From contig JBCCYL010000028.1 of the NCBI GenBank assembly GCA_039189765.1, positions 1 to 64,000 on the forward strand: a stretch of DNA of 64,000 nt, given 5' to 3'. Shown piece after piece: positions 30,904 through 41,820 of the stretch. Every line of letters starts with the position of its first letter. Position 1 is the stretch's first letter. The notes under the pieces were generated by a model. The model was not told where the DNA came from. It saw only the letters and a program-made list of their open reading frames with translations, and did not search any database. This stretch comes from Cyanobacteria bacterium P01_F01_bin.150 (GTDB lineage: Bacteria > Cyanobacteriota > Cyanobacteriia > CAKZMO01). The position numbers and the translations under genes are program-made.

Positions 30904-32925
30904 CTATGCCGATGCAAATTTATAGTGATCAGCATTTGTAAACGACCATCCTGTAGAAGCGTCGCCTAAATCAAGAACTTTGTGGTGATAGTCCAGCAAG
31001 CTAGAGCGATGGCCAACGCTGACATAAATAACCCCCAGCGCTTGTAATAGCTCATAGAGCATTCGTTCATTGTGAATATCTAATGCGCTAGTGGCTTCAT
31101 CTAAAATGGCATACTTGGGTCGAGTTAATAGAATCCGTGCAAAGGCCAGGCGCTGCTGTTCGCCCAAAGAGAGCATCGTAGACCAGTCACATTCCATGTT
31201 AAGACCACCGACGCGCTTTGCCAGTTGGCTTAAGTTCACTCGGTCTAGTACTTGGTGAATGTCGTTATCTGAAACGGTGGAGTAGAGGTTTGGATAAACG
31301 ATTTGATCCCGTAGCGTACCTAGTAGCATGTAGGGACGTTGAGGCAGGAAGAAGGTCCTACTGATGTCTGGACGTTGAATCGTGCCCTGCCCATTGGTCC
31401 ATAAACCTGCGATCGCCCGCAACAGTGAACTTTTCCCACACCCACTTGCGCCTACAATCAGCAGATGTTCATTGGGCGCAATATCGAGAGATAAATTGTT
31501 AACCAGGGTTTGCTCCATGTTAGGCGTGTGGAGGGTCAGGCTTTGAATCGCAAGCTGATGAGATTCAATGAGTTCAATACGGCATGGCTTTAATGGTCGA
31601 ACCTTTGCAGTTGCCTGGATATCAGATTGCTCTTCGTTAGAATCTAGCTTTTCGTAAAACGTCCCTAAACGAACAATACTCGCCGCAAATTTAGAAATAT
31701 CCTCAATTCGATTGGTAATCAGAGACAAGGCCCCTAGAATTTGAAAAAACGCGAATGAGGCTTGGCCAATAGTTCCAAAGTCTGTTTCTCCAACAAAGTA
31801 AAGAGGGGCGACAATTAAATACGGAACAATTCGGGTGAAATAGTTGTAGCCTACCTGAAAAAGGTCAATAAGAGATTGCCATATAATCAGTAAATTAGCA
31901 TTTTTAAGTGCTGCCTTAAATCGTTTACTGACCTGTTTTTTTTCAAGATTTTCACCTCGATAAAAAGCAATGGACTCTGCATGATCTCGAACATGGACCA
32001 TACCATAGCGAAAATTTGCTTCTAATCGCAGCTGATTATAGTTTACTTTTATAAGCCGCTGACCTGCTATTATGGCAACCGCAGTGCCGAAAACAGCGTA
32101 GATAACTAACCCCAACGTCAGCACTTTAGAAATGGTAAATAGCACCATGGTGAACGATAGAAGCGTCAGGATTGAATCGAGGACATCTAGCAGAAACCTT
32201 AAAGTTGTCTCTGTAAATGAACGAATATCCTCTGTTATCCGCTGATCCGGGTTATCAATCTCCGTATTGGCGGCATTAGAATCTAACTCATAGTAAGATC
32301 GCTTTGAAAAATATCGCGTAAAAAATAGTTTAGTCAACCACTCCCGCCAATAGAGCGCTAATTTTAAGCGAATATAGCGATAAGTAATAACAACAGGAAT
32401 AGCAATAATAATGATGCATGCATAAACCCATAAAAATTGCCAAAAAACGGCTTCTTCTTTTTGATTAAGAGCATTTTCTAAAAATCGAAAGACGTAGCTA
32501 ATGGCAACGTTCATACCATTAACAGCAAATGATAGGAATAGTAAGCATGCCAGCAAGCTCCACTGTTTCCAACGTGCTTTTAAGGGCATCCTCAGGCAAA
32601 ATATGATCAATCCGCTGCCTAGCAGAGTAGCGATCGCCACGACTGGTGCTGGAGACCCCATCAAATGATTAATCCGGTCTACGAGCTGGGCAGCTAGTTC
32701 CGAGAAAAACTCAGGAAAAATAGCCTGCCCTGCAAATGTAAGAACAACGGTTAAGAAAAATGTAAGCGCCACGACCGAAATTAAAGTCATGGCGATTAGT
32801 CCTAGAAACGTGCGTGTGCTCCCAGGAAGAATTGGAAAGAAATAGGGTTGAGCAATTTCAACAAATCGATTCCAGAGTTGGCGATTGAATTGAAACTGTT
32901 GCTCAGAGCGAATGGATGCAGTCAT
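30904..32925 (-). CDS. ABCD/YddA-type ABC transporter (fused permease and ATPase)
   Basis: IDNPDQRI, EANFRYG..H.ESIAFY.GE, GASGCGKSS, LSLGEQQR, LDEATS. Confidence 0.93.
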   Translation of the reverse strand: MTASIRSEQQFQFNRQLWNRFVEIAQPYFFPILPGSTRTFLGLIAMTLISVVALTFFLTVVLTFAGQAIFPEFFSELAAQLVDRINHLMGSPAPVVAIATLLGSGLIIFCLRMPLKARWKQWSLLACLLFLSFAVNGMNVAISYVFRFLENALNQKEEAVFWQFLWVYACIIIIAIPVVITYRYIRLKLALYWREWLTKLFFTRYFSKRSYYELDSNAANTEIDNPDQRITEDIRSFTETTLRFLLDVLDSILTLLSFTMVLFTISKVLTLGLVIYAVFGTAVAIIAGQRLIKVNYNQLRLEANFRYGMVHVRDHAESIAFYRGENLEKKQVSKRFKAALKNANLLIIWQSLIDLFQVGYNYFTRIVPYLIVAPLYFVGETDFGTIGQASFAFFQILGALSLITNRIEDISKFAASIVRLGTFYEKLDSNEEQSDIQATAKVRPLKPCRIELIESHQLAIQSLTLHTPNMEQTLVNNLSLDIAPNEHLLIVGASGCGKSSLLRAIAGLWTNGQGTIQRPDISRTFFLPQRPYMLLGTLRDQIVYPNLYSTVSDNDIHQVLDRVNLSQLAKRVGGLNMECDWSTMLSLGEQQRLAFARILLTRPKYAILDEATSALDIHNERMLYELLQALGVIYVSVGHRSSLLDYHHKVLDLGDASTGWSFTNADHYKFASA

Positions 32926-33231
32926 AAATGTAGTGACGTTAAGTACGCCAAAATATGCGCTGAAGTCTTGCTATGCTTCACCACACGGGCCTTATGTGAC
33001 AATTGAATAACAACAGTAATTTACGGAATAGTTGGTTGACCCGCGTTGCTGCTACTCTTTTAATTCTTGCGTTTTTCCCCTAGATCAGGAAAATAGGGCT
33101 CTATCTTTTATTGCCCCAATTTGCAACGCTGATGTTCAAACGAAAAAGCTATGATTAAGCTTGACTATCATTGCTGGGGCGAGTTTCTTTGCAATTGTTG
33201 TCAGTAGCCTTTATGGGGGACGTAGTTAGTT

Positions 33232-33825
33232 GTGAAGAAGCCATCCGCATTTCATCTTGCATTGACGATGTTAATTTCCTCCATACTGGGAGGGATGACA
33301 ACAACAGGAAGTAGGGTGGCGATCGCCCACTCTTCTCAACATTTAGACAAGCCAAGCAATGCAGACATCATCGCGACAGAAACCTTTGTAACCAGTGATG
33401 CTGCGCCGACAGACTTAGATTCCATTTATCCCACCGCCTATGAGGAATATTCTGAGTTTGAACGACTCCAGCGGATTTTAGAACAGGCCAATTTTGTAGT
33501 CAAGCTCGAACTGCCCCCAAAAACTGGAAGCTATGGTCTTTTGGAGCTTGCCACTCGCACCGTGTGGGTAAATCCTGTTGTGTTTGAACTTGGGATCGCG
33601 GAGCATACTCTGGTCCATGAAGCCGTCCACGCAGCGCAACTGTGTGGTAGTCATGGGGACATCGGCCCGTTGGCCTTGGGGTTAGAACCTCCGCTGGTGG
33701 TTCGGCCTTACTTTATGCGATACCAAGGAATCCGTCGCTTGGTGGAAGCAGAGGCTTATACCGTACAAGCATTGGACAACCGTGTGGACTACGTGATCGA
33801 GTTAGTGAACACCCATTGTGACTGA
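33232..33825 (+). CDS. Exported hypothetical protein with HEXXH motif
   Basis: Signal-like N-terminus, LVHEAVHAAQLC and downstream EAEAY. Confidence 0.7.
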   Translation: MKKPSAFHLALTMLISSILGGMTTTGSRVAIAHSSQHLDKPSNADIIATETFVTSDAAPTDLDSIYPTAYEEYSEFERLQRILEQANFVVKLELPPKTGSYGLLELATRTVWVNPVVFELGIAEHTLVHEAVHAAQLCGSHGDIGPLALGLEPPLVVRPYFMRYQGIRRLVEAEAYTVQALDNRVDYVIELVNTHCD

Positions 33826-33837
33826 AATACCTCGGAT

Positions 33838-34842
33838 CTAATCTCGGCCCACAACCTCCCGGACCCGGTAGATCGGCCGCCCTTGGGATTCATGGTAGGT
33901 TCGCATTAGCATTTCTCCCAGAACGCCAAAGCTGAACAACTGAAGCCCTGCAAGAATTAGGACAACGGCCAGAATAAGGAGGGGGCGATCGCCAATCTCC
34001 TGGGCAAACCCAAACTTCAAAACCGTCAGATACAAACCAATGATGCTTCCGGCTCCGGCTGAAATCAATCCAAATAGCCCAAACACATGCATGGGGCGGG
34101 TTAGGAACGTTTTCATAAAAAAGATGGTGAACAAATCCATCAGCACTCGGAAGGTACGCCCCAAACCATATTTGCTTTTGCCAAACTGGCGAGCGTGGTG
34201 ACGGACTGGAAGTTCGGTAATCCGTGCGCCCTCAATATAGGCAAGGGCTGGTAAAAAGCGGTGGAGTTCCCCATATAGGTTCATATCCGCTACTACTTCA
34301 GCCCGATAGGCTTTGAGGGAGCAGCCATAATCGTGGAGATTGACGCCAGTCACTTTTGCAATTAGCCAATTGGCGATTTTTGATGGCAGCAAGCGCGTTA
34401 CCGCATCATCCTGTCGATGCTTACGCCAGCCGCTGACCAAGTCATAGCCTTCCTCAAGCTTCTCCAAGACCATGGGAATATCAGCAGGATCATTTTGCAG
34501 ATCCCCGTCCATGGTCACAATCACTTTCCCCTCGGCATGCTGAAATCCAGCAGACATGGCCGCAGTCTGGCCATAGTTCCGTCTCAGAATAATTGCTCGA
34601 AGGTCGGACCTTTTTTCAGCCAACTGTTTAAGTAAAGCGGTAGTTCCGTCAGTGGAACCATCATCAACACAGACAATTTCATAGGCAGTATTCAGAGGGG
34701 CGACTCCGTTGGCGATCGCCTCTAGCAATGGCCGTAGGCTTTCAACCTCATTATAAATTGGTACCACAACCGATAACTCAGGTGACGATGCTAATCCACT
34801 GGTGAATGATGAAAGGGAATTGGATACAAGAGATGTCTGCAT
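33838..34842 (-). CDS. GT2 polyprenyl-phosphate glycosyltransferase (ArnC/GtrB-like)
   Basis: VDDGSTD, RRNYGQTAA, MDGDLQNDP, YGELHRF, two C-terminal TM segments. Confidence 0.92.
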   Translation of the reverse strand: MQTSLVSNSLSSFTSGLASSPELSVVVPIYNEVESLRPLLEAIANGVAPLNTAYEIVCVDDGSTDGTTALLKQLAEKRSDLRAIILRRNYGQTAAMSAGFQHAEGKVIVTMDGDLQNDPADIPMVLEKLEEGYDLVSGWRKHRQDDAVTRLLPSKIANWLIAKVTGVNLHDYGCSLKAYRAEVVADMNLYGELHRFLPALAYIEGARITELPVRHHARQFGKSKYGLGRTFRVLMDLFTIFFMKTFLTRPMHVFGLFGLISAGAGSIIGLYLTVLKFGFAQEIGDRPLLILAVVLILAGLQLFSFGVLGEMLMRTYHESQGRPIYRVREVVGRD

Positions 34843-35137
34843 TGGAAGACTGACAGCGCTAACGAATTAAAAATAGTGATTAGACATTTATCTACTCGGC
34901 AATGGCAAAAATGCCGAATGATTCAACCAGCATACGCCAGTGAGGGCCTTTATGCGTTGAAGGATGTGCCGATCTTACAAACTTCCAGTTGAATTTATTG
35001 GCAGCCCCAAACAGCCCACCTTTACAGTTTGCCAATTGGTAGGCCAAGATTACGCAAAAACTAAATACAGAAAAGGGGAGCCTATTCTGTCCCCCCTGTT
35101 TCCTAATCTTCAGTTGATGTTGGACGACCTGATGCCG

Positions 35138-35234
35138 TAGGGGATTTGCATGAAAATAAACTACCCGGTGCGTTACGACTATCGCCTACACGCACCCTAC
35201 GCAACTTGGTAGGTTATTTAGTTGCAGATCCCTA
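35138..35234. repeat. REP hairpin wrapped in terminal inverted repeats (family C)
   Basis: taggggatttgca..aaataaactacc / ggtgcgt...acgcaccCTAC / ggtaggttattta..tgcagatcccta. Confidence 0.78.
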
Positions 35235-35288
35235 GCGAACCCTTACGAAGCTTTGGATTCCAGAAGCCAAGGCCCTGCCATACTCTTT

Positions 35289-36284
35289 TTATAGGCGCTT
35301 TAGGTCTGGGTACTCTGCCACTAGCTCATCAGACGACATGGTGACGCCTTCTGCTTGAGGACTCCACAAAATCTCCACTGCAACCATATCTTCACTACCG
35401 ACGGAACCAATTTGGCTAATGGCTCGGCGTAAATCTTGGTCAGAGCTAATTGTCGGCATATTTAATTTGCTCGTGGACGCCACTAAAACAGTGGCCACAA
35501 TATATTCGCCGGGTTCATCGGCCTCGACCAATTCTCCTGCTCCAGATAAGCTAGCTCGATCCGCTTGCTTGATTTGGCTGTTGACGTTGGAAACGGTCTC
35601 TCCACTAAATTTACTGCGCTCGATTAGGGCCATGCGATTAAATTCTGTTTCTGCACTGTTGAGACGAATTTGGGTAGAACTTGCATTACCGTAAATCCAG
35701 TACTCGGGATGACGCAGGAGCGAGAGAGTGGCCTCTTGGAGCACCTGGGCAAGTCCTGCAGAAGAACCAGTGTCAGCCGTTTGGGCCATGCGGTTAAAGT
35801 CCGTCTGAAGAGATTTTGCGTTGGCAAGGAGGCCAATCTGCAGTTTTGCCACTGAGATCTTGGGATTGGGGCTTGATGGGGCACCATCGGCGACAGCTCC
35901 TTCTCCACCAATATTACGGACACTTTGCACAACAAAGTTGGCAATCGCAATAAAGATGAGGATAGAAAATAACCCACCGAAGCCACCACCAAAGCCAAAG
36001 AACGGCATCATAAAGGGAAATCCAAACCCGCCGGGATAGAATCCGCCGCCATACCCGCCCCGAGGAGCAGTGGAGCGCCGGGGCTGAACATAACTACGGC
36101 TAGGGGCACGGAAGCTACCACCACCAATACGCCCTCCGGCACGAGCGGCCAGAGCACTGTCCATTGCGCCAAATACCAAGGTGAAGGCTAGACAAAAGGC
36201 TAAAACAGGCTTTAGAAAAGATTTCAAGCCTAATTTCAAAGGATTTTTAGGTAAGCGGGTTAAAAGATTGTTTTTCATCATCAT
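35289..36284 (-). CDS. DUF1517 (FLAP1-like) membrane protein
   Basis: GGRIGGGSFR, Gly-rich region, LLRHPEYW, E(I)LW.PQ, YPDL. Confidence 0.88.
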   Translation of the reverse strand: MMMKNNLLTRLPKNPLKLGLKSFLKPVLAFCLAFTLVFGAMDSALAARAGGRIGGGSFRAPSRSYVQPRRSTAPRGGYGGGFYPGGFGFPFMMPFFGFGGGFGGLFSILIFIAIANFVVQSVRNIGGEGAVADGAPSSPNPKISVAKLQIGLLANAKSLQTDFNRMAQTADTGSSAGLAQVLQEATLSLLRHPEYWIYGNASSTQIRLNSAETEFNRMALIERSKFSGETVSNVNSQIKQADRASLSGAGELVEADEPGEYIVATVLVASTSKLNMPTISSDQDLRRAISQIGSVGSEDMVAVEILWSPQAEGVTMSSDELVAEYPDLKRL

Positions 36285-36541
36285 TCGGTTGCGTCACATT
36301 CGGTGAGCGATTCGGTTGGATCTTGCAAATAAATAGTTCGAGCAGCCATTAGGTATGCCGACATAAAGCTCGATGCCATCATCATTTAAACTGTACCGTT
36401 ATCTATCAACGAAAGGGCTTGGATTTTCCTCGACTTTAAAGACGGATATCCGTACCCATACAAAAATCTCTGTGGGCACCATGTGGCCACAGAGATACGC
36501 TAATTCTATTTCTAAAGCATTAGCTGCCTTTTAATTATTCT

Positions 36542-37312
36542 TCAGCCAGCGGTGTTAGCCGATTTCCGACGACTCAAGATGCCAAGACCAAGCAGGCCCA
36601 TGCCAAGCATCATACTAGGTTCGGGAATATCAACTGGAGGGGGTGGGTCTTTTTTTACGAACGAGAGGGCTGCGATCGCGTCAATATCAGCACCAGCCTT
36701 AAAGTTCCTATATTTATTTCCTCCAGTATCAGTTACACGGACATAGGAAAAAAGGGAGTTTTCATTCAGGGTATCGTTGGCAGCTAAAAGACCATCGATA
36801 TCAATACCCACCCCGGAATCATTCTTACGGTCTTTACGATCAGCAACGCCAACGTCGTACCAAGACGTTCCGTCTACACTAATTTCCACAGATGTCTTTT
36901 CTGCAATCCCTCCAATTTCATAGATCCACAGATCAGACTGAGCGTTACCACTGCCAGTGAGGTAATTATCAGTAAACTCAACCGTTAGCACCCCACCTTT
37001 TCCCAAGGACACACCAATATTTTGATCCCACTGACCGAGTGCCCCTCTCTGAGTCATTTCTTTTGTCCAATTGTTACGGCCAAGGGCGGAGCTAGGATCA
37101 TAAACATCCCAGCGTTCAGAAGCATCCGCATCACCAAAGTATGAATCCCAATTTCTACTTTCACCCCGCTGGTAAAAAATAGCTTTGTCTGCAAATGCCT
37201 CAATAGCAAGGGGTGGGGTGGGATTAGCGATTGCCGCCGATGAATCTAGAGCAACGCTGCTTAATGCGGTACCAAGGGCCAACAGTGCTAAGAAAGAAGA
37301 GCGCTTTAGCAT
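36542..37312 (-). CDS. Secreted PEP-CTERM sorting-domain protein
   Basis: Signal peptide; C-terminal IPEPS, hydrophobic stretch and RRK. Confidence 0.9.
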   Translation of the reverse strand: MLKRSSFLALLALGTALSSVALDSSAAIANPTPPLAIEAFADKAIFYQRGESRNWDSYFGDADASERWDVYDPSSALGRNNWTKEMTQRGALGQWDQNIGVSLGKGGVLTVEFTDNYLTGSGNAQSDLWIYEIGGIAEKTSVEISVDGTSWYDVGVADRKDRKNDSGVGIDIDGLLAANDTLNENSLFSYVRVTDTGGNKYRNFKAGADIDAIAALSFVKKDPPPPVDIPEPSMMLGMGLLGLGILSRRKSANTAG

Positions 37313-37600
37313 CTAAAATAAAACTCCTAAACTAAATCAATGATGAGATGTTTCCACGGCGACTTGAATCAAGCCTGTGAAGTGATGGATGCGCCCCTGG
37401 CAGCAAGACATAGCGTTGTAAGCTCGCCACGAATTAAGTATAAAAAAACACTATTGAGCTTGAGATGCGTGGAAGTATGTGTTTGATTATGAAAACTCTG
37501 TAAAAAAAGAAGCCCGATCCATTGCTTAATAGAAGTAAAATTACGGGTAGGTCGGTGAGTTGATGCGCAATATAGCGTAAGCCACTATGTAAACGAATGG

Positions 37601-38455
37601 TCAAAAGAGAGAGAGCTGCGATGGATGTTGTTCTAAGCCATTCCATGGAAGAGCGGGAATACCGATCTCGGTACGATTGAGCTGATCTTGAAAATATCGG
37701 GCAATCTGAGGCGATCGCGCTTCAATCGGACAGTGAACAAAGAAATACAAATCAATGCCCTGTGCGTACCATTGGGTCACATGGGCGACCCACTCATTAA
37801 GGTATCGCTGGTTGTTTTCTAAAACTGGATGGCTGATATAGCGAATCAAGCTAAAAGGTGCGGTAGTAATGGGCTGGAGGGGTAGGTTGGGTTTACGCCT
37901 TTCTGACCGCACTTGAGGATCATCCTTACAGTCGTAAATAGGACGACTGTCCAGTAAGGCTCGCCCTACTCCCAATTCAGTCAGAGCGTAATTTAGGCGA
38001 TTAGCATGGGGCATCTTGAACCAATCGGGGTGACGCACTTCCACCGATAAGCGAAACTGATGGCGGGGAAAGCGCTGTAGAAATGCAGTCAAATCCTCAA
38101 AGTACTGTGTACCGTAACTAGGGGGAAGCTGGATAAGAAACGGGCCGAGGCGATCGCCCAAGGGACTTACCCGGTCTAAGAATGCCATAGCTGCATCAAA
38201 ATTGGGCATTAACGGCCCCTGATGGGTAATAGTCTGGGGCAGCTTGAGGCAGAATTTAAAGCTAGCAGGCGTTTCATGATGCCAGCGCTGCACCATACTG
38301 GCACTAGGAACCGAGTAGAAGGTAGTGTTGCCTTCTACGGTCGTAAACCGTCGGCTGTACAGGCGCAGAAATTCGGACGCTTTACTGCCCGATGGATAGA
38401 GATCGCCAATCCATTCCTTATATGCCCAGATAGCACACCCTAATGAAAATCCCAT
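37601..38455 (-). CDS. DUF72-family protein
   Basis: VEGNTTFY, QLPP, EVRH. Confidence 0.9.
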   Translation of the reverse strand: MGFSLGCAIWAYKEWIGDLYPSGSKASEFLRLYSRRFTTVEGNTTFYSVPSASMVQRWHHETPASFKFCLKLPQTITHQGPLMPNFDAAMAFLDRVSPLGDRLGPFLIQLPPSYGTQYFEDLTAFLQRFPRHQFRLSVEVRHPDWFKMPHANRLNYALTELGVGRALLDSRPIYDCKDDPQVRSERRKPNLPLQPITTAPFSLIRYISHPVLENNQRYLNEWVAHVTQWYAQGIDLYFFVHCPIEARSPQIARYFQDQLNRTEIGIPALPWNGLEQHPSQLSLF

Positions 38456-38564
38456 ACAGTCTTTAGTATTAGTCTTGCAGCACTTATATTGTGAGACTAT
38501 TTATAACCCCATGCAACAATATTGAAATGATGGATGGTTTGGTGAACTTAGCAACATATCTCGT

Positions 38565-39086
38565 ATGGATTGGCATCAAGGAACACGTTATCTTCAGAAT
38601 CCTGAGCAGTGTATTGCTTGGCAAAGGGTTAGACAACTAAAAACTGAAGAGGTAACGGTTTACCCAACTGTAATTCAGATTTCAAGGGGCGGCCCCATCT
38701 TAGAAGTTGAGGGAATAATAGCGTTTATAAGCAATATCGATAGAAGGCGGCATGAGTTGGCAGTTGGAGATACTTGCCCATGCAAGATTATTGATGTCCG
38801 ACAAGAACATTATCCGTCCGTTAGGCTAATTCGCAGTGAGACGTTTACTCTCCTCAGACAATTGAAGATAGGCCAACTACTGTGGGGTAAAGTGAGCGCA
38901 GTAAAAATTTACGGTATCTGGGTTGATTTAGGTGGACTTTACGGCTTTACGCATAGGTCGAAGATTACCTCCTATTCTGATTCTGTTTTTCCACAAGACC
39001 TTTTTGTTGTGGGAGATAATATCAGTGTAGTTATATCAGAGATTAAGTTAGAGCTAGCATCTATAAGCCTTCAACCTCTATCATAG
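38565..39086 (+). CDS. S1 RNA-binding-domain protein (two degenerate S1 folds)
   Basis: LKIGQ...GKV..VK.YG..VDLGG..G..H.S.I...GD.I.V.I. Confidence 0.75.
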   Translation: MDWHQGTRYLQNPEQCIAWQRVRQLKTEEVTVYPTVIQISRGGPILEVEGIIAFISNIDRRRHELAVGDTCPCKIIDVRQEHYPSVRLIRSETFTLLRQLKIGQLLWGKVSAVKIYGIWVDLGGLYGFTHRSKITSYSDSVFPQDLFVVGDNISVVISEIKLELASISLQPLS

Positions 39087-39202
39087 AGAGTCCTAGTGAC
39101 TGAGGCTAGTCTATTTTCAAGTCTTACTGATTAGTCCCCCATACTTATATCAAGAGAGTTTGCTAGTCTTGATAAGGTATTTAGCGGTAAGAGATTGCAG
39201 GG

Positions 39203-41497
39203 GTGGGCATGAATTCATTCGTGGGGAAAACGCTTCAAGCAGGAAAGTACACCCTTAATGAAACCCTAGGGCAAGGGGGCTTTGGGATTACCCTAAAAGC
39301 TATGCATCATGCCTTAGACCAAACCGTCGTTATTAAAACCCTGAAACCTCAGACTCGCACCCGCGATGACTTTGCCACTTTACAGCAGAGGTTTCAGGAT
39401 GAGGCCAAACGATTAGCTCTTTGCGTTCATCCCAATATTGTGCGTATCAGCGACTTTTTTGTCGAAGATGGGATTCCCTATCTAGTGATGGACTATATTC
39501 CTGGTCAAACCCTTGAGAATATTATTTTCTATGGGGAGGCGTTGCCAGAAACCTTGGCAATTCACTATATTCGCCAGATTGGTCAAGCGTTGGCTGTTGT
39601 TCATCAAAACGGTCTATTGCACCGAGACATCAAGCCAGAAAATATTATTGTGCGAGATGGAACTCAAGAGGTAGTGCTAATTGACTTTGGCATTGCACGG
39701 GAGTTTATCCCTGGTGAATCAAAAACCCATACCAGTATTTTATCTGAGGGGTATGCTCCTATCGAGCAATATTTAGACCATGCAATGCGATCGCCCGCCA
39801 CTGATATCTACGGGTTAGCCGCGACTCTATATGCAATGTTGACTGCCCATGTCCCAGTCGCTGCCGTGCTGCGCGATCGCCAACCTTTTCCAGAACCCCG
39901 TCAGCTAGTCGCAACGATCAGTGCCTCCGTCAACCATGCGATTGTCCTAGGGATGGCAATGGAGGCCAAATATCGTCCTGCATCAGTCCAGCAGTGGTTA
40001 GACTTACTGCCCGACGTGTCTCCAGAAGGCTTACCTGTCACCGAGTTGGATGATTCGACAGATAATCTATCAGGCTCTACTGCACCCCTCACTCAATTGG
40101 ACCCAGATCCCAATCTAAATCCAGTTGCGCCTTCTTCGTTCTCCGCAAATCAACCACCCTCAGATCAGCCGATTCCAGATAAACCGCCCCCCGTTCAAAG
40201 TTCTGATCCCACATTGGTCGTCAGTCCGGGAGTCGTCAGTCCAGGAGTACAGGGACCCGCGATCGCCCAGCATCCCTCTGTATCGTCTGATAATCCCAGC
40301 ACTTTAAAGTCACCTCTAGAGCAAACAAAGCTGGATCAATCGCCAATTCAGTCTCCCATTCATCATTCCCCCACCAGTGCTGCCCCCACAGTTGCGGTAG
40401 CCCCTGGATATCATCCCACTCAACCTGGAAATGTTCGGAGTCAAGGAGGGCCAAGCAGAGAGCGAGCTACTCAGCAAATGGGGCCTACTAATTTAGGCCA
40501 AGTGACAGGCCAAAATTCTCGGCGGAAAGCAGGCCGTAGCAACTGGTGGATGATTCCGTTAATGGTGTTTGCATCGGTTGTAGGGACTGCGATCGCTGCC
40601 ACCTTCTGGTTCAGATCTCGATCTCCTGAAATCGCTGCTGGAGAATCAACGTCACCACCATCCAATGCATCGGAAGTCTTACCTGATAAGGCAATAGACA
40701 ATCCTAATGCCGAGACAGATGTCTCCGAACAGACAGCCAGAAGCCCTAATTCTGACGCAGCTATTGCTAACGGTGACGGGGCAGAAGAGGACAGCAACAG
40801 CGATGACAATCAGATTAGGGTCGGCATTGATTCGCCTTTTGGTTCTATTTCTTTTCCCATTAAGATTCCATCAGGCAGCGATCGATCGCCTGAACCAGCA
40901 GATGAAGCAAATATCAGTCTGAACAGTAGCAATGGCAGGACTAACAATGGGGATAGTCGCAATGGGAATCCTCGCAGTTCTGAAAATCAGTCAGAGCAGT
41001 CAGGCGATCGCCCATCAAATCCTAATACTTCTAACCGCAATAGCAACTCTGACGACAGCCCATCAGCATCCATCCCAACCACACCGACAAATCCCCAAGC
41101 AATTCGCAACGTTCCGGGTATTCCAGTCGGCACTAGTGCCGTGCAGGTAAAGACGCGCTTGGGCGATGCAACCAATGTGACAACAGGGAGCGGAAATACT
41201 CGCATTGAGTCCTATGCTTGGGATCGACGGGTTGAGTTGGCTTATGTGTATGACCAATCAACTAATCGTGTCCAACAAACGTCAGCCCGCTTCTCGACCT
41301 CTGTAGACGAGTTAATTATGCGCATTGCACTTAATGGCATGATGAATAACCAACTGACTCCAGAGATTGAATTAGGACTAAAGCAAGTACGCCAAGGAGA
41401 AACAGACCAATATGACTTTTCGACAGGCAATATCCAAGGACTGATTCAGAGGGAAGGAGGCGATCGACTGCATGTCCAGATATGGTCTAACCTCTGA
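39203..41497 (+). CDS. Membrane Ser/Thr protein kinase
   Basis: [26 protein letters not shown]; Pro/Ser-rich linker, TM segment, extracytoplasmic C-terminal domain. Confidence 0.94.
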   Translation: MGMNSFVGKTLQAGKYTLNETLGQGGFGITLKAMHHALDQTVVIKTLKPQTRTRDDFATLQQRFQDEAKRLALCVHPNIVRISDFFVEDGIPYLVMDYIPGQTLENIIFYGEALPETLAIHYIRQIGQALAVVHQNGLLHRDIKPENIIVRDGTQEVVLIDFGIAREFIPGESKTHTSILSEGYAPIEQYLDHAMRSPATDIYGLAATLYAMLTAHVPVAAVLRDRQPFPEPRQLVATISASVNHAIVLGMAMEAKYRPASVQQWLDLLPDVSPEGLPVTELDDSTDNLSGSTAPLTQLDPDPNLNPVAPSSFSANQPPSDQPIPDKPPPVQSSDPTLVVSPGVVSPGVQGPAIAQHPSVSSDNPSTLKSPLEQTKLDQSPIQSPIHHSPTSAAPTVAVAPGYHPTQPGNVRSQGGPSRERATQQMGPTNLGQVTGQNSRRKAGRSNWWMIPLMVFASVVGTAIAATFWFRSRSPEIAAGESTSPPSNASEVLPDKAIDNPNAETDVSEQTARSPNSDAAIANGDGAEEDSNSDDNQIRVGIDSPFGSISFPIKIPSGSDRSPEPADEANISLNSSNGRTNNGDSRNGNPRSSENQSEQSGDRPSNPNTSNRNSNSDDSPSASIPTTPTNPQAIRNVPGIPVGTSAVQVKTRLGDATNVTTGSGNTRIESYAWDRRVELAYVYDQSTNRVQQTSARFSTSVDELIMRIALNGMMNNQLTPEIELGLKQVRQGETDQYDFSTGNIQGLIQREGGDRLHVQIWSNL

Positions 41498-41592
41498 CAT
41501 CAACTTCGTGGCTAGCCTCGTCAAAATCATAAGAAGCGAAGCCAGTCTCAACCCTGAAGGCTATTCCTACCAAGTCGTGAGAATCAAATAAA

Positions 41593-41673
41593 GGTTTCGT
41601 TTCAAGACGAAACAAAATTAATGGTGGTGTGGGTGCGTCGTGGCCACACCACCCGCCTAAAGTTGACACCCCC
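41593..41673 (-). repeat. Dispersed repeat family A copy (full)
   Basis: ggtttcgtttcaagacgaaacaaaattaatggtggtgtgggtgcgtcgtggccacaccacccgcctaaagttgacaccccc. Confidence 0.92.
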
Positions 41674-41820
41674 AAATATTAAAGAAGTATTTAATCCATT
41701 GGATAGCTATGTTGAGTTTTGTAAACTACGTAACAGGCATATATACTCATCGAGCTTTCTGATCAGATGGAATGCTCTCTCTGACTTTGGTAACACGGCT
41801 GGATGGCAAGTTGATTAGGA

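Noticed and set aside
32930..33230. Cobalamin riboswitch upstream of the ABCD-type transporter
   Set aside because: No B12-box or other conserved riboswitch motif is recognisable.
41487..41818. Short ORFs 41487-41675 and 41621-41818
   Set aside because: Both start inside the family A repeat and have no recognisable domain.
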